DNA from: an uncultured Pseudobdellovibrionaceae bacterium
GTDB lineage: Bacteria > Bdellovibrionota > Bdellovibrionia > Bdellovibrionales > UBA1609
Assembly (NCBI GenBank): GCA_964453895.1
Contig: CAYVRZ010000022.1
Location: forward strand, 3,776 to 67,775
DNA: 64,000 bases
Direction of reading: 5' to 3'
Of this stretch, positions 28,601 through 37,874 are shown piece by piece; position 1 is the first letter of the stretch, and every line of letters starts with the position of its first letter. A program made the translations under genes and the position numbers. Below the pieces are notes generated by a model that was given only the letters and a program-made list of their open reading frames with translations, was not told where the DNA came from and did not search any database.

Positions 28601-29489
28601 CGGGGTCGCTCAGCCTTTTCAAGAAGAGGCTGTTAAGAACTACGAAGCGGCCATCGATAAAGGGTACAAGCTCGAGGGTTATTCCGAGGGTTTAAAGACC
28701 GCGCAGCGTGAACTCAATCGACTCAGCAAAGACAAAATGAGTGACCGCGGTGAGCGCGCTGTGATCACCACGATTATGGATTACATGGGCTTAAAAGAGT
28801 CCGAAGATCTCGGGCGTCCGTTCCAAGCTCGTGAAGAGCGCGCGCTCGTAGAGGCGGTCTCCAAACGCCTTGGTAAAGATCAAGGCGACCTGCAGGCCCT
28901 CAATGCGCTGGGTGTTTTCTACGCCGAGCAGGGTAAACTGGGTCTCGCGCGGATTCTTTTCGCGCGGGCGCAAAAAGCCCACCCCAATGAACCTGGCCTT
29001 CACAACAACCAGGGTGTGCTCTTTTTGAAAGAGGGCAAGCAACGCCCGGCCATCGCCTCACTTCGTAAAGCTATGGAGATGAAAGGCAGTTACACGGTTG
29101 GGGCTGCAAACTTGGGCGCGATCTTTTGCGAGTACAAAGACTACGGTCGCGCCGCTGATCTTTTAGAATCGGCCTACTCCGCAGTGCGGTCGGACTTAAA
29201 GCGGGGCGGGATTGCCGTGGATGTGGCCAACAATTACGCCTTAGCTCTAATGGGCAGCGGCGACGGTGAAAAAGCCCGGAGTATCTTCAAGAGCATCCTT
29301 GAGGCCGACAATGGCAACGTCACGGCCTTATTGAACTATTCGATCTTACTGATTCACCACCTGAAAGATAAAAAAGAGGGTGAAAAGCAGCTCAATCGTC
29401 TGCGCTTTGTTGGCGAAGACGGCGATTCCCGCATACGGAAGGCTGTGGATGAAATGGACAAGGCACTGGCCGAAGGTAATAGCAATTGA
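25629..29489 (+). CDS. Very large secreted TPR protein (GltD/AgmU- and GltE-like)
   Basis: 1286 aa with signal LFIATAVLSSGVAEA. TPR-type repeats run throughout (for example ALFFLGYNYFELNQPERGKDYYTRLTKEYPRS, ALGEYYFE). Confidence 0.65.
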   Translation: MSARKVVTSLFIATAVLSSGVAEAQKGAKSKTVGDLLKKIEANTKSVKFTKGQTSLPSFKKVVTEPVKRVDLYQVKPPSRSRLYYEEGTNEAELEKVTDQGISQLYKLTQQFKTSKRRGELWLRLAELYVEKSRLIEYRIQQNYDDKLRNYQAKKTQIKPKLDLKEAQDYNRRAVQLYEWFLRDFPKDPKIDQALFFLGYNYFELNQPERGKDYYTRLTKEYPRSSYIEESNFALGEYYFERELWPDALKHYSAVANNKRARLYSFALYKTAWCQYKTGQVRPALVSLEKVIRAGRVAKGDKDGSAGGISRIRLATEAQKDLVVFYAEAGTPQGARSYFEEIAGEKATYTLLEKLAYYYSDTGNREGARLIFRDLIQERPHAPKAYDYQYQIVTMYTSTDKPEVFRAELFSWIQNYSPNSEWAEANKKDKELVTRAYQLIETTLRNHILQQHQTAQNSRVPAAQKAAKLGYELYFQTFKDSSKLDEMHFFFAELLFDMKEYEVAAAHYAWVTENAKNSPYYEKSALNTVLAAEKGLPEEAQLKKMVGESVDPQPFDKNIKAFEVAATKYVKDFPRGENVPAMRFKLGTLYYYHNQFDAALASFKSISKDYPKSQYAKFSTNLILDIFNLKKDMGGLQAFAQSTLDDDSLDAATRNEVKAVLQRAEFKNANDLEAAKDYAGAAKAYEEFAKKNPGGELAVSASFNAAVSYERAGDPFKAIGMYAILLANRDPKHEKLRKDSSQFIAALYEKTGQYQKAAEAYENYAAKHPKEKEAATYYFNAAIIRDGMNAYGQATNNYQKFLDMKRGSEKFDAIFLMAKLNERRGNLTKAQEFYKQYLSVGGNNANSVMDAVVAIAQIDKKKGKRAEADAGCKKVIATHKRLATKENPIGASAAAECKYGTVYKTFEDLRAIRIPSNPAKQQAAVQDKLRMLNRLKEQLKEVIAYDDGPTVVNSLALIGQAYQHMAAAIYAVPVPKGLDAEGLAQYKKGIDGVAQPFQEEAVKNYEAAIDKGYKLEGYSEGLKTAQRELNRLSKDKMSDRGERAVITTIMDYMGLKESEDLGRPFQAREERALVEAVSKRLGKDQGDLQALNALGVFYAEQGKLGLARILFARAQKAHPNEPGLHNNQGVLFLKEGKQRPAIASLRKAMEMKGSYTVGAANLGAIFCEYKDYGRAADLLESAYSAVRSDLKRGGIAVDVANNYALALMGSGDGEKARSIFKSILEADNGNVTALLNYSILLIHHLKDKKEGEKQLNRLRFVGEDGDSRIRKAVDEMDKALAEGNSN

Positions 29490-29503
29490 GACAGGAGATT
29501 GCC

Positions 29504-29800
29504 GTGCGTGTAAAGGCAGTTAAACTAATTATAGCTGTGTTAATGGCTGTCGGATTCGCATCTTTGAGTGCGTTCGCGCAAGAAAGCAAACCTGCGGCGA
29601 GTGGCGGCGAAAAAGAAAAGAAGAAAACGAAGATCGATTTCGAAGACGAGTTGGTTGAGGGTGAATTGAAGAAACCAGAATTGTTCTATCTGTTGCAGAA
29701 GAAGCAATTCAACTTTAAGCGCCTGATTAAGTTGAGAGAGGATTTCTTACCCGAAATGCGTCGCGACGCTGACGAAGTTCGCAGGAGCAGGAGCAAGTAG
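29504..29800 (+). CDS. Small secreted charged protein (GltF-like position)
   Basis: GTG 29504 follows AGGAGA. Signal RVKAVKLIIAVLMAVGFASLSAFA, then a K/E-rich tail. Confidence 0.45.
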   Translation: MRVKAVKLIIAVLMAVGFASLSAFAQESKPAASGGEKEKKKTKIDFEDELVEGELKKPELFYLLQKKQFNFKRLIKLREDFLPEMRRDADEVRRSRSK

Positions 29801-29801
29801 C

Positions 29802-31889
29802 TTGAAACAACCCATCGTTCTCAGAGTCTATAAGGGCGATAAATTAGAAGCCGTACGGCAGTTCGAGACGTCACAAATCGTCATCGGGCGAAACAGCGAC
29901 GCGCAGCTCGAGCTGCAAGATGAAGGAGTCGCGCTGCTCCATGCGATGATCGAAAATCGTGGCGGCGAATACTACCTCTCCGATCTCGGGTCTCCCAATG
30001 GTACGTTCAAAAATGGTCAACGCACTCTCGAAGATAAAATAGCCTCCGGCGACACTTTGACCGTCGGTCCTTATCGCATCCAATTTTTCGTCGGCGTTCC
30101 CAAGCCGGCGGCCCCGCCCAAGGTTGGCGGTGGCGGCGCTGAGGTTAAAGCGCCAGCGGCGGGCAGTTATGCCATGGCCGTCCCGCAAGCTCCGCCCAAA
30201 GATTTTGACGACGACAAAACCGCGCCCGGCGCGACGGGATTTGTCGATGATCGCACCGATCCGGCCTACGGCAGCATCAAAAAGGCCGACCCTAAGAAGC
30301 CAACCTCGGCACCATCCTTTGGCGGCGGCGCGGCTGCCGTAAGCAGCGGCAGTGTTGGCGGCGGCGGCAGCAAAAAAATTCCCGGTCCGGTCGGTGGCAA
30401 ACATAAAAAAGGCGGCGGCACTTTCGCGCCCGGCAATCCTTATAAAGATTTAAAAGAGATCATCAAGCCGCACAAAGGTTCGGTGGTCGAAGTTATCGTC
30501 GCTTGGAAAGATCGCATTCTCTCCTCGCACCATTTTAGCCAGCACGGCAGCGTGTTTATGAGCGCTGATCCTGAAGCCGATGTGGTGGTGCCGATTATTT
30601 CTTCGAAGAGCAAATTCGAACTTTTGAAAGTGGGCGCCAACGTCGCCGTATGCCTAACGCAAGAAATGTCGGGCGAGCTGATCCGCGATGGCGAAACCAT
30701 TACGCTCAATGATCTCTCTCGGCAAAATAAGATTCGCGATGCCGGCAGCCACTTTGAATATGATCTGCGCCAAGGCGAGATGATCCGCATTGGCCTGCAG
30801 GGCGATATGATTTCGATTTACGTGCGCTTCGTGGCCGAAACGCCCAAACCGTTGGTCGCGCCACTGCTCGATATGACATCATCCGAAGTCACCGGCGTGA
30901 TTTTGGCCATCGCGATCTCGGCCATCCTCGGCCTCTACATGAATATTTATACTCCGTCGCCGCTCCTCGAAGACGAAGCCAAAATTGATGAGCCCATTCG
31001 CAAAGCCGTCGTCACCTTTCAAAAGCGCATTGTCGAAGTGAAAGACGAGCCGCCCAAAGAAAAGCCGCCCGAGCCGGTGAAACAAAAACCGCAACCAGTC
31101 CGCACTTCGCCTAAGGCCGCCGTTGAAACCAAAGGCGATCCAGGACAAGCGGGCGAAGTGAAGCCGAGCCCGGCCAAGCCAAAGCCGAACAAAGTCGTCT
31201 CGGCCGTTCCGCAAGGCAAGGCGATTAAAACCGCGCCTAAAGAAGGCGCCAATATGAAGTCGCAAAAACCTGATCCGACAAAAATGGGCTTGCTCAGTGT
31301 CTTCGGAACCAAGGGCGCGCAAAAAGAAATCAACAAAGCCTACGCCGGCTCGGGTGAGTTGGTCGGCGCCGCCGACAGCGCCACTGGCTATGCCGGCAAT
31401 GCCGACAATCGCGATGGCGATAACTTTGGCGGCCGCTTAAAAGAAACGGGCTCAGGCAAAGGCTCGAACACGGTCGGGATCGCCGGCGTCGGCACCAAAG
31501 GCCGCGGCACGGGCGGCACTGGCTACGGTACGGGCGGTATCGGCACCAAAGGATCGGTGCAAATTAACGTCGGTGGCCAAGAGGCCGACTTCACCGGCTC
31601 GATGGATCGTGAGGCCATTCGCCGCGTGATCCGCGAACACTTGCGCGAAATCAGAAATTGTTACGAACGCGAACTGCAACGCACGCCCGATCTCTACGGC
31701 AAAGTGGTGATCACATGGGACATCGTTGAAGGCGGCCGGGTGAGCCAGGCCGGGGTTTCGCGCAATGAAATTGGCAGTGCCGCGGTTGGTGAATGTATCG
31801 CCAGCCGCTTGAAGACTTGGAAATTTCCCGACCCGCCAAAAGATCAGGTGGGCCGCGTAAGTTACCCGTTCGTCTTCAGCTCGCAATAG
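29802..31889 (+). CDS. FHA-domain, single-pass membrane protein with an AgmX/PglI-type (TonB-C-like) C-terminal domain (GltG-like)
   Basis: FHA: IVIGRNSDAQLELQDEGVALLHAMIE..YYLSDLGSPNGTFKNG. TM: VTGVILAIAISAILGLYM. A Pro/Lys-rich linker follows. C-terminus: IRRVIREHLREIRNCYERELQ...GKVVITWDI..GGRV...CIASRLKTWKFP. Confidence 0.75.
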   Translation: MKQPIVLRVYKGDKLEAVRQFETSQIVIGRNSDAQLELQDEGVALLHAMIENRGGEYYLSDLGSPNGTFKNGQRTLEDKIASGDTLTVGPYRIQFFVGVPKPAAPPKVGGGGAEVKAPAAGSYAMAVPQAPPKDFDDDKTAPGATGFVDDRTDPAYGSIKKADPKKPTSAPSFGGGAAAVSSGSVGGGGSKKIPGPVGGKHKKGGGTFAPGNPYKDLKEIIKPHKGSVVEVIVAWKDRILSSHHFSQHGSVFMSADPEADVVVPIISSKSKFELLKVGANVAVCLTQEMSGELIRDGETITLNDLSRQNKIRDAGSHFEYDLRQGEMIRIGLQGDMISIYVRFVAETPKPLVAPLLDMTSSEVTGVILAIAISAILGLYMNIYTPSPLLEDEAKIDEPIRKAVVTFQKRIVEVKDEPPKEKPPEPVKQKPQPVRTSPKAAVETKGDPGQAGEVKPSPAKPKPNKVVSAVPQGKAIKTAPKEGANMKSQKPDPTKMGLLSVFGTKGAQKEINKAYAGSGELVGAADSATGYAGNADNRDGDNFGGRLKETGSGKGSNTVGIAGVGTKGRGTGGTGYGTGGIGTKGSVQINVGGQEADFTGSMDREAIRRVIREHLREIRNCYERELQRTPDLYGKVVITWDIVEGGRVSQAGVSRNEIGSAAVGECIASRLKTWKFPDPPKDQVGRVSYPFVFSSQ

Positions 31890-31933
31890 ATTTAACAGGG
31901 ACCTCGGAAGGGTCCTACAACTAGGAGGGAACC

Positions 31934-32635
31934 TTGGAAAACGCAGCAGCAAACGCCGCAATGGTCGGCGAGGTCGTTGACCGGTGCGCCGGCTACGGCA
32001 ACTTTATAGCGAAGTCTTTCTGTCAAGGCGGACACGTGATGATCCTGATCGCATTGATCGGGGTATGTACCGCGTTCTTGATCGTCAACCGTATTATGGC
32101 TTTGCAAAAGCTGACGGTCGACAAAGTGAATATCACTGAGAATCTCTTCACGATGATTCTTCGCGGTGATATCCGTCAGGCCATCGCGTTTTGCGATTCG
32201 CGCCCGACGCCTTTAACCAATACTTTAAAAGCCGGCTTGGTTCAGACTATGAATCGTCGCCCGGATGAAGAAATTCAAGTGGCCATGGATGCCTCGGTGC
32301 TCAGAGAGACGCCTCGACTCGAAGGTTGGGTGTCGTTCCTCGCGGTGTTCGGGAACGTCGGGGTTCTTGTGGGTCTGATGGGAACGATCATCGGACTGAT
32401 TGTGTCCTTCGGCGGTGTGGCTGAAGCGGATGCGGCAACCAAAGCGGCCAAGCTTTCGCAGGGGATTTCTGAAGCTCTAAACTGTACAGCCTTCGGACTT
32501 CTTGTCGCGATCGTCGCGGTTGTGGCTTACGGATTTTTTCAGATCCGTATCGGTCGCGCCATCAATGACATGCAAGAGAGCAGCATGACCCTTATGAACC
32601 TCGTGGTAGCAAATCGGGATAAAATTAAGGACTAA
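31934..32635 (+). CDS. MotA/TolQ/ExbB-family proton channel (AglR-like)
   Basis: TTG start after AGGAGGG. Three TM segments plus the conserved GLMGTIIGLI...ALNCTAFGLLVAIVAVVAY block. Confidence 0.85.
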   Translation: MENAAANAAMVGEVVDRCAGYGNFIAKSFCQGGHVMILIALIGVCTAFLIVNRIMALQKLTVDKVNITENLFTMILRGDIRQAIAFCDSRPTPLTNTLKAGLVQTMNRRPDEEIQVAMDASVLRETPRLEGWVSFLAVFGNVGVLVGLMGTIIGLIVSFGGVAEADAATKAAKLSQGISEALNCTAFGLLVAIVAVVAYGFFQIRIGRAINDMQESSMTLMNLVVANRDKIKD

Positions 32636-32638
32636 AAA

Positions 32639-33115
32639 ATGGCTCATATTGATGATGGCAAAAATAAGCGGAACTCGACGGTGGACCTGAATCTGGTCCC
32701 CATCATCGATTTGATGTCGGTGTGTATTATCTTTCTGCTTATTACTGCCGTCTGGACGCAAGTGTCGATGATCCAGATCGGGAGTTCGATCTACGCTCAG
32801 AATCAGGATCCGAACAACAAACCGGAGCCTCCAAAAAAGTCAGAGATTCCCTTCCGTCTCGACGTGTTGAAGGAGGGTTACCGAGTGATCATCGGCAGCC
32901 AAGAAAAACGCTTTCCCAAAACCGGCGGCAATTACGACCAAGACCGTCTGGTTAAAGAACTGAAAGCGATTAAGGAATTGTATCCAGAGAAAGGCGACTG
33001 CGTCGTGACCATTCTCGACGAGTTACCGTACGAGCATTTGATCGGTGGTATGGACGCATTGTTGCAAGCCGGCTTCCCAGAAATTTCTGTGGCGACCGGC
33101 GGATCACCTCCGTAA
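32639..33115 (+). CDS. ExbD/TolR-family protein (AglQ/AglS-like)
   Basis: NLVPIIDLMSVCIIFLL is a TM segment with the conserved Asp. A periplasmic domain follows. Confidence 0.85.
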   Translation: MAHIDDGKNKRNSTVDLNLVPIIDLMSVCIIFLLITAVWTQVSMIQIGSSIYAQNQDPNNKPEPPKKSEIPFRLDVLKEGYRVIIGSQEKRFPKTGGNYDQDRLVKELKAIKELYPEKGDCVVTILDELPYEHLIGGMDALLQAGFPEISVATGGSPP

Positions 33116-33136
33116 ACATGGCAGGAGTTTAAGTAT

Positions 33137-33730
33137 ATGGCGATTTATGTACCTGGCTTAAGATCACATGGCCGCCCAGCCGGCGGCGGTGGACGGAGCG
33201 CCGTTGCGCATCTGAACATGACGGCGATGGTCGACATGTTCACGGTGCTGGCCGTGTTTCTCCTGCAGAATTACGCCACCACCAATCAGGTTCTGCCGAT
33301 GCCCGACAAAGTCGACCTGCCCTCAGCCGCAGAAGTGAAAGACTTAAAGCCGTCGAACGTTGTGATTATCGGTGAAGACGGAATTATGATTAACAACTTT
33401 CGCGTCGCCGATTTTCGCAAAGTGAAAGAGCAAGAGGACTGGTTGATCCCGCCGTTGATGGAGCAGCTGAAAAAGGCCGTTGATGAAGGCGAGAAAAAGA
33501 AAAAGTCGCTGGGCAGCCAGTTGAAGAAGGCTGTGAGCAGCGCCAAACCGGGAGACAAACCGGCGGAAGAAGAAGTGGACGACTTTCTTAAGATCACCAT
33601 TCAAAGCGATAAGAACGTTGATTTCTTAACGGTGAAAAAAGTCATGTACACCGTGACCCAGGCGGGGATGCGTGAAATCAATTTTGCGGTGATGAAAAAA
33701 GAAATGCCAGCCGGCAAAGCGGCCATGTAA
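33137..33730 (+). CDS. Second ExbD/TolR-family protein (AglQ/AglS-like)
   Basis: LNMTAMVDMFTVLAVFLL is a TM segment with Asp. It carries a K/E-rich insertion. Confidence 0.8.
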   Translation: MAIYVPGLRSHGRPAGGGGRSAVAHLNMTAMVDMFTVLAVFLLQNYATTNQVLPMPDKVDLPSAAEVKDLKPSNVVIIGEDGIMINNFRVADFRKVKEQEDWLIPPLMEQLKKAVDEGEKKKKSLGSQLKKAVSSAKPGDKPAEEEVDDFLKITIQSDKNVDFLTVKKVMYTVTQAGMREINFAVMKKEMPAGKAAM

Positions 33731-33731
33731 T

Positions 33732-34442
33732 CTAAGATGCTTTAAGTACGAAGCGAGTTTGACTCTGGCGCACAAACGAAATGATCGCGCCTTTATGTTC
33801 CTGACTTACATTTGAGAAACGCAGTCCACAGACGCCACTCGCCACATAGCGAACATCGGCTTTGGCGTGGACCGGGGCCCCGAATGCGGGGCTTTGAATT
33901 TCTACACTGACGGCTTGGCCAGATACCACGCCTTCTTCGAGTGCGACGCCCATTCCGCCTTCAGAAATAGTCAGTGCTTGCGCCACGAGCGTGCGCCCTT
34001 CGCCGGTTTTAATCGTGACTTGTCCATTGATGTCGGCCCGCGGAAATTGGCGTTTATTCACACCAATCGCGCTTAAAATTTCGTGAAATTCGAATAACGG
34101 CGCCCACTCCTTCATTCCCTTGGTCCATAAAAGAACGTCGCCGAGGCTGCTCACTTTTTTCAATTCATCGAGGAGTTCGCTGCGTTTGTAGGGACCATGC
34201 GAACTGCCGTTTAGGGCAAAGTGCCACGCTTCAGGCAGTGGCTGCGCAATCGCAGTTTGCGTGAGTTCCATGTCGTTGCTTTCGCGGCCCCACCATGTAA
34301 TGCTGCGCCATTGATCCATGCCGGTGCCCCACACGAGGTCATGCCCCGCGACGGCGCCCGATTGGATTCGGCTTTGAACGTCCGAATTTGTCATCGGACC
34401 TTCGACGCGATCATTAACTTGAATAAACCACTTCACAGCCAT
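33732..34442 (-). CDS. GYF-GYF-PilZ protein (putative c-di-GMP receptor)
   Basis: Two GYF_2-like repeats (WFIQVNDRVEGPM...LVWGTGMDQWRSI; WHFALNGSSHGPY...LLWTKGMKEWAPL). PilZ motifs RQFPR (RxxxR) and TISEGGMG (xSxxG). Confidence 0.65.
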   Translation of the reverse strand: MAVKWFIQVNDRVEGPMTNSDVQSRIQSGAVAGHDLVWGTGMDQWRSITWWGRESNDMELTQTAIAQPLPEAWHFALNGSSHGPYKRSELLDELKKVSSLGDVLLWTKGMKEWAPLFEFHEILSAIGVNKRQFPRADINGQVTIKTGEGRTLVAQALTISEGGMGVALEEGVVSGQAVSVEIQSPAFGAPVHAKADVRYVASGVCGLRFSNVSQEHKGAIISFVRQSQTRFVLKAS

Positions 34443-34621
34443 TGTCCTAGCCTATCGGTCCGGTGGACTTTGATCTTGAGATGACCCTGGTCTTTTGGGG
34501 GTCCAGTTCTATTTGACGGTTATTTTTCTCAAAATGATTCATGGCCTAAAACTGGAACAACAAGCAAAAACTGTGCTAAAGAGTTGTTCTCTCGTGATAA
34601 AATGAAACACGAAGGAGCGTC

Positions 34622-35605
34622 ATGCGGAACAAGTTCACTCAGATAGCCCTGACGGCGGCGTTTGCTTTGCTGCTTATTCAGGTGGTTCTGGTGGCGCCCA
34701 GTCAGATCCGCGATGCGGAACAAAAGGCGAGCCTTTTGCCCGCGCCAGTCCTGAATACGGGATCGGAAGTGGATCAGAGTATGAACGGCATGCATATGAT
34801 CGAAACCCACGAGGGCAAAAAAGAGTGGGAACTTTGGTCCGATCGCGCCGTAAGTTTGAAGGCGAAAGAGGTTTTGGAGTTGGAGACAGTTAAATCCATT
34901 TTCTTTTCAGATTCTGGCGTGACGTTCACGGTGACGGGTAAAACCGGCAACGTGCAGACAAAATCCAAAAATCTTCGCATTGAAGGCGACGTCGTAACCC
35001 GTTCGAGCAATGGCTATACATTTCGTACGCAAAGTATGGAGTATGATTCCGCGGTTCGCAAAATGCGGGCTTTGAACGCGGTTGAAATGTTGGGGCCTAA
35101 GGATGTGGGCGGTCACTCGTTGAACCTAACCGGGGTAGGGATGGAATCGAATCTGGAAGACGGCACCATGGATGTGCTGCGCGAAGTTCGCGCCCAGAAG
35201 ATTTTAGACAGCGGCAAACGTGCGAATATAAAGAGCCAGCGCGCGCGCTTTAATGCCAATTCGCGAGCCGCGCAATTTTTTGGCGACGTCGTTTTAGACA
35301 TTGAGAATATGCGCATCACCGGCCCGGAGGCGAAATTCGAGTACGACGACAACTCCGACGTCTTAAAATCAGTGATGTTCACCGGCGGTGCGAAAGTGAG
35401 CGACGCGGATAAATGGGCCACGGCGCAAAATGTGCGCGTGGATTTTGAGAAAAACCGGTTTGTTTTTCGCGGATCACCGCGCTTGGTGCAAAACAACGAC
35501 GAGCTGCGCGGTGAAGAGATTGTCTTTCTCGATGGCGGCAAGCGCGTGCAGGTGCAAGGGGCGCGGGCCAAGGTGGACGAAAAGCGTTTGGAGAAAAAGC
35601 AGTGA
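34622..35605 (+). CDS. LptC/LptA-family (OstA-like) LPS export protein, double length
   Basis: N-terminal anchor [18 protein letters not shown], then an LptC-like region ([18 protein letters not shown]). A second OstA-like region follows ([19 protein letters not shown]...RGEEIVF). It overlaps lptB by 4 nt and no separate lptA is present. Confidence 0.6.
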   Translation: MRNKFTQIALTAAFALLLIQVVLVAPSQIRDAEQKASLLPAPVLNTGSEVDQSMNGMHMIETHEGKKEWELWSDRAVSLKAKEVLELETVKSIFFSDSGVTFTVTGKTGNVQTKSKNLRIEGDVVTRSSNGYTFRTQSMEYDSAVRKMRALNAVEMLGPKDVGGHSLNLTGVGMESNLEDGTMDVLREVRAQKILDSGKRANIKSQRARFNANSRAAQFFGDVVLDIENMRITGPEAKFEYDDNSDVLKSVMFTGGAKVSDADKWATAQNVRVDFEKNRFVFRGSPRLVQNNDELRGEEIVFLDGGKRVQVQGARAKVDEKRLEKKQ

Positions 35606-36324
35606 GCCGTTTGGTGATTCGAAACGTTTCGAAAAAATTTAAAGCGCGCCAAGTGGTGCGCAATGTCTCCTTTGAGGTTGAGTCGGGCCAGGTGGTCGGT
35701 TTGTTGGGCCCCAATGGCGCCGGCAAAACGACGTCGTTTTATATGGTGGTGGGTTTGTTGGTGCCTGATGAGGGCGACGTTGATATCGACGGACAGTCGA
35801 TTGGCCTTTTGCCGATGTATAAGCGGGCGCGCCAGGGATTAAGCTATTTGCCGCAGGAGCCGAGTATTTTTCGCCGCCTGACAGTGACCGAGAATATTCA
35901 GGTTGCGCTCGATGCGCAGGATCTTTCTCCCAGTGAGCGTTCCGAGCGACTCGAGTCGTTGCTCGAAGAATTCCATGTGCAACACATTCGCGACTCGTAC
36001 GGTTATGCGCTGTCGGGCGGGGAACGCCGCCGTGTCGAGATTGCTCGGGCCTTGGCCGGTAGTCCGAAATTTTTACTGCTTGACGAGCCGTTTGCCGGGA
36101 TCGATCCCATTGCCGTGGGTGACATTCAAGAGATTGTACGAAAGCTTAAGGCGCAAGGGATCGGAATTTTAATTACAGACCATAATGTTAGAGAGACCTT
36201 GGGTATTTGCGATCGCGCGCACATTTTAAAAGACGGACATATTGAAGTGGCCGGCACCGCGACTGAAATCGCGGCGTCTCCGGTCGCACGAAAGTTTTAT
36301 CTCGGGGAAAATTTCCGACTATGA
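35602..36324 (+). CDS. lptB: LPS export ABC transporter ATP-binding protein
   Basis: Walker [10 protein letters not shown], signature [13 protein letters not shown] and Walker B LLLDEP. It lies directly upstream of rpoN. Confidence 0.95.
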   Translation: MSRLVIRNVSKKFKARQVVRNVSFEVESGQVVGLLGPNGAGKTTSFYMVVGLLVPDEGDVDIDGQSIGLLPMYKRARQGLSYLPQEPSIFRRLTVTENIQVALDAQDLSPSERSERLESLLEEFHVQHIRDSYGYALSGGERRRVEIARALAGSPKFLLLDEPFAGIDPIAVGDIQEIVRKLKAQGIGILITDHNVRETLGICDRAHILKDGHIEVAGTATEIAASPVARKFYLGENFRL

Positions 36325-36339
36325 CGGGGAGCTTAGTTT

Positions 36340-37782
36340 ATGCAGCTTAAGACAAGTCTAAAGCTATCGCAGCAACTGCGCATGACTCCGCAACTTCAGC
36401 AGGCGATCAAGCTGTTGCAGTTGTCGCGGATGGAACTTGAAGGCGCGATTCGCAAGGAACTGGATGAGAATCCGGTGCTGGAGGAGGTGCAAGAGATCTC
36501 CGATGAAGAAAGTTCGTCGACACCCGCCACCGCCGCCGACACCACAGCAGTTGAAACCATCGACACGCCAGAGAATCAGGCTGCGGCCGACCCGCGCCAA
36601 GATGAGTTTGAATGGGAAAACTACGTAGATACCAATTATAAACCTCCGCAAGGTCCCGCCGGCGGCACCGATGAGATTATGAATTATGAGAATCTCATCT
36701 CGACCTCCACGTCACTCCACGATCATTTAATGTGGCAGTTGGGCTTAGGCGGCTTTAACGATGAAGAGCAGGCATTGCTGGCCATTTTGATTTCGTACGT
36801 GGACGAAGATGGATACGTAAAGACACCCATGGAAGAAATCGCCAAAGAAGAAGAAGTCGACGCGGTCGAACTGACCGAAATGCTGCCGTTCTTGCACGAA
36901 TTCGACCCAGCGGGCGTGGGCGCGCGCGATTTAAAAGAGTGTTTGCTGATTCAAGCCAAACATATCGAAGAAGACACCCACGATCTGGTTAAATTGCTGA
37001 ATGATCACATCAAGGATCTGGAGAAAAAGAATTACATGGGCATCGCCAAGGCGATGAACTTGCCCATGGAAGACGTGATCGACATGTGCAAAATCATCTA
37101 CTCGATGGACCCCAAACCGGGCCGCATGTACATGCCGCAAGACACCCAGTTTGTGACCCCGGATGTGTACGTTTACAAAGTCGGCGAAGAGTACATGGTC
37201 GCACTGAACGAAGACGGGCTGCCGCGGTTGCGAATTTCGAATTTGTATAAAAATATTTTGAAAGGTGACACGAGCTCTGGGCCCGAAAATGCCCACGGTT
37301 ACATCCAAGACAAACTGCGCTCGGCGGTGTGGCTGATCAAATCCATTCACCAGCGCCAACGCACGATTTATAAAGTGACCGAGAGTATCGTAAAGCACCA
37401 GCAAGACTTCTTTGAAAAGGGGCCGGCGCACATCAAGCCGATGATCTTGCGCGATATCGCCAACGACATCGGTATGCACGAGTCCACTGTCTCGCGCGTG
37501 ACCACCAACAAATACGTCCATACGCCTCGAGGTATCTTCGAGCTCAAATATTTCTTCAATAGCGGAATTTCGAAGACCGACGGTGATTCGCTGGCGTCTG
37601 AGTCGGTGAAGCTAAAAATCAAAAACCTAGTCAGCGACGAAGACGAAAAAAATCCACTCAGCGATCAAAAAATCGTCGAGCTGTTGAAAAAAGACGGCAT
37701 CCAAATCGCCCGCCGCACAGTCGCCAAGTACCGCGACATGCTTAAGATCCTGCCGTCATCGAAGCGCAAGAAGATGTTTTAA
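36340..37782 (+). CDS. rpoN: RNA polymerase sigma-54 factor
   Basis: N-terminal Gln/Leu-rich region I (LSQQLRMTPQLQQAIKLLQL), an acidic region II, the HTH DIGMHESTVSRVT and the RpoN box ARRTVAKYR. Confidence 0.95.
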   Translation: MQLKTSLKLSQQLRMTPQLQQAIKLLQLSRMELEGAIRKELDENPVLEEVQEISDEESSSTPATAADTTAVETIDTPENQAAADPRQDEFEWENYVDTNYKPPQGPAGGTDEIMNYENLISTSTSLHDHLMWQLGLGGFNDEEQALLAILISYVDEDGYVKTPMEEIAKEEEVDAVELTEMLPFLHEFDPAGVGARDLKECLLIQAKHIEEDTHDLVKLLNDHIKDLEKKNYMGIAKAMNLPMEDVIDMCKIIYSMDPKPGRMYMPQDTQFVTPDVYVYKVGEEYMVALNEDGLPRLRISNLYKNILKGDTSSGPENAHGYIQDKLRSAVWLIKSIHQRQRTIYKVTESIVKHQQDFFEKGPAHIKPMILRDIANDIGMHESTVSRVTTNKYVHTPRGIFELKYFFNSGISKTDGDSLASESVKLKIKNLVSDEDEKNPLSDQKIVELLKKDGIQIARRTVAKYRDMLKILPSSKRKKMF

Positions 37783-37874
37783 GTCCGTGGGTGCGTGGCC
37801 GAGGCCCTCGGGCTGAGGCCGTGACGCCGGGCCGTCCGTGGGCGCGTCGCCGCCGCCCACCGAGCCCGTCGCCG

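Noticed and set aside
31890-31933. GGACC-TCGGAAG-GGTCC hairpin between the GltG-like and TolQ-like genes
   Set aside because: The stem is only 5 bp and has no U-tract. It is probably insignificant, or at most an mRNA-processing or stability element.
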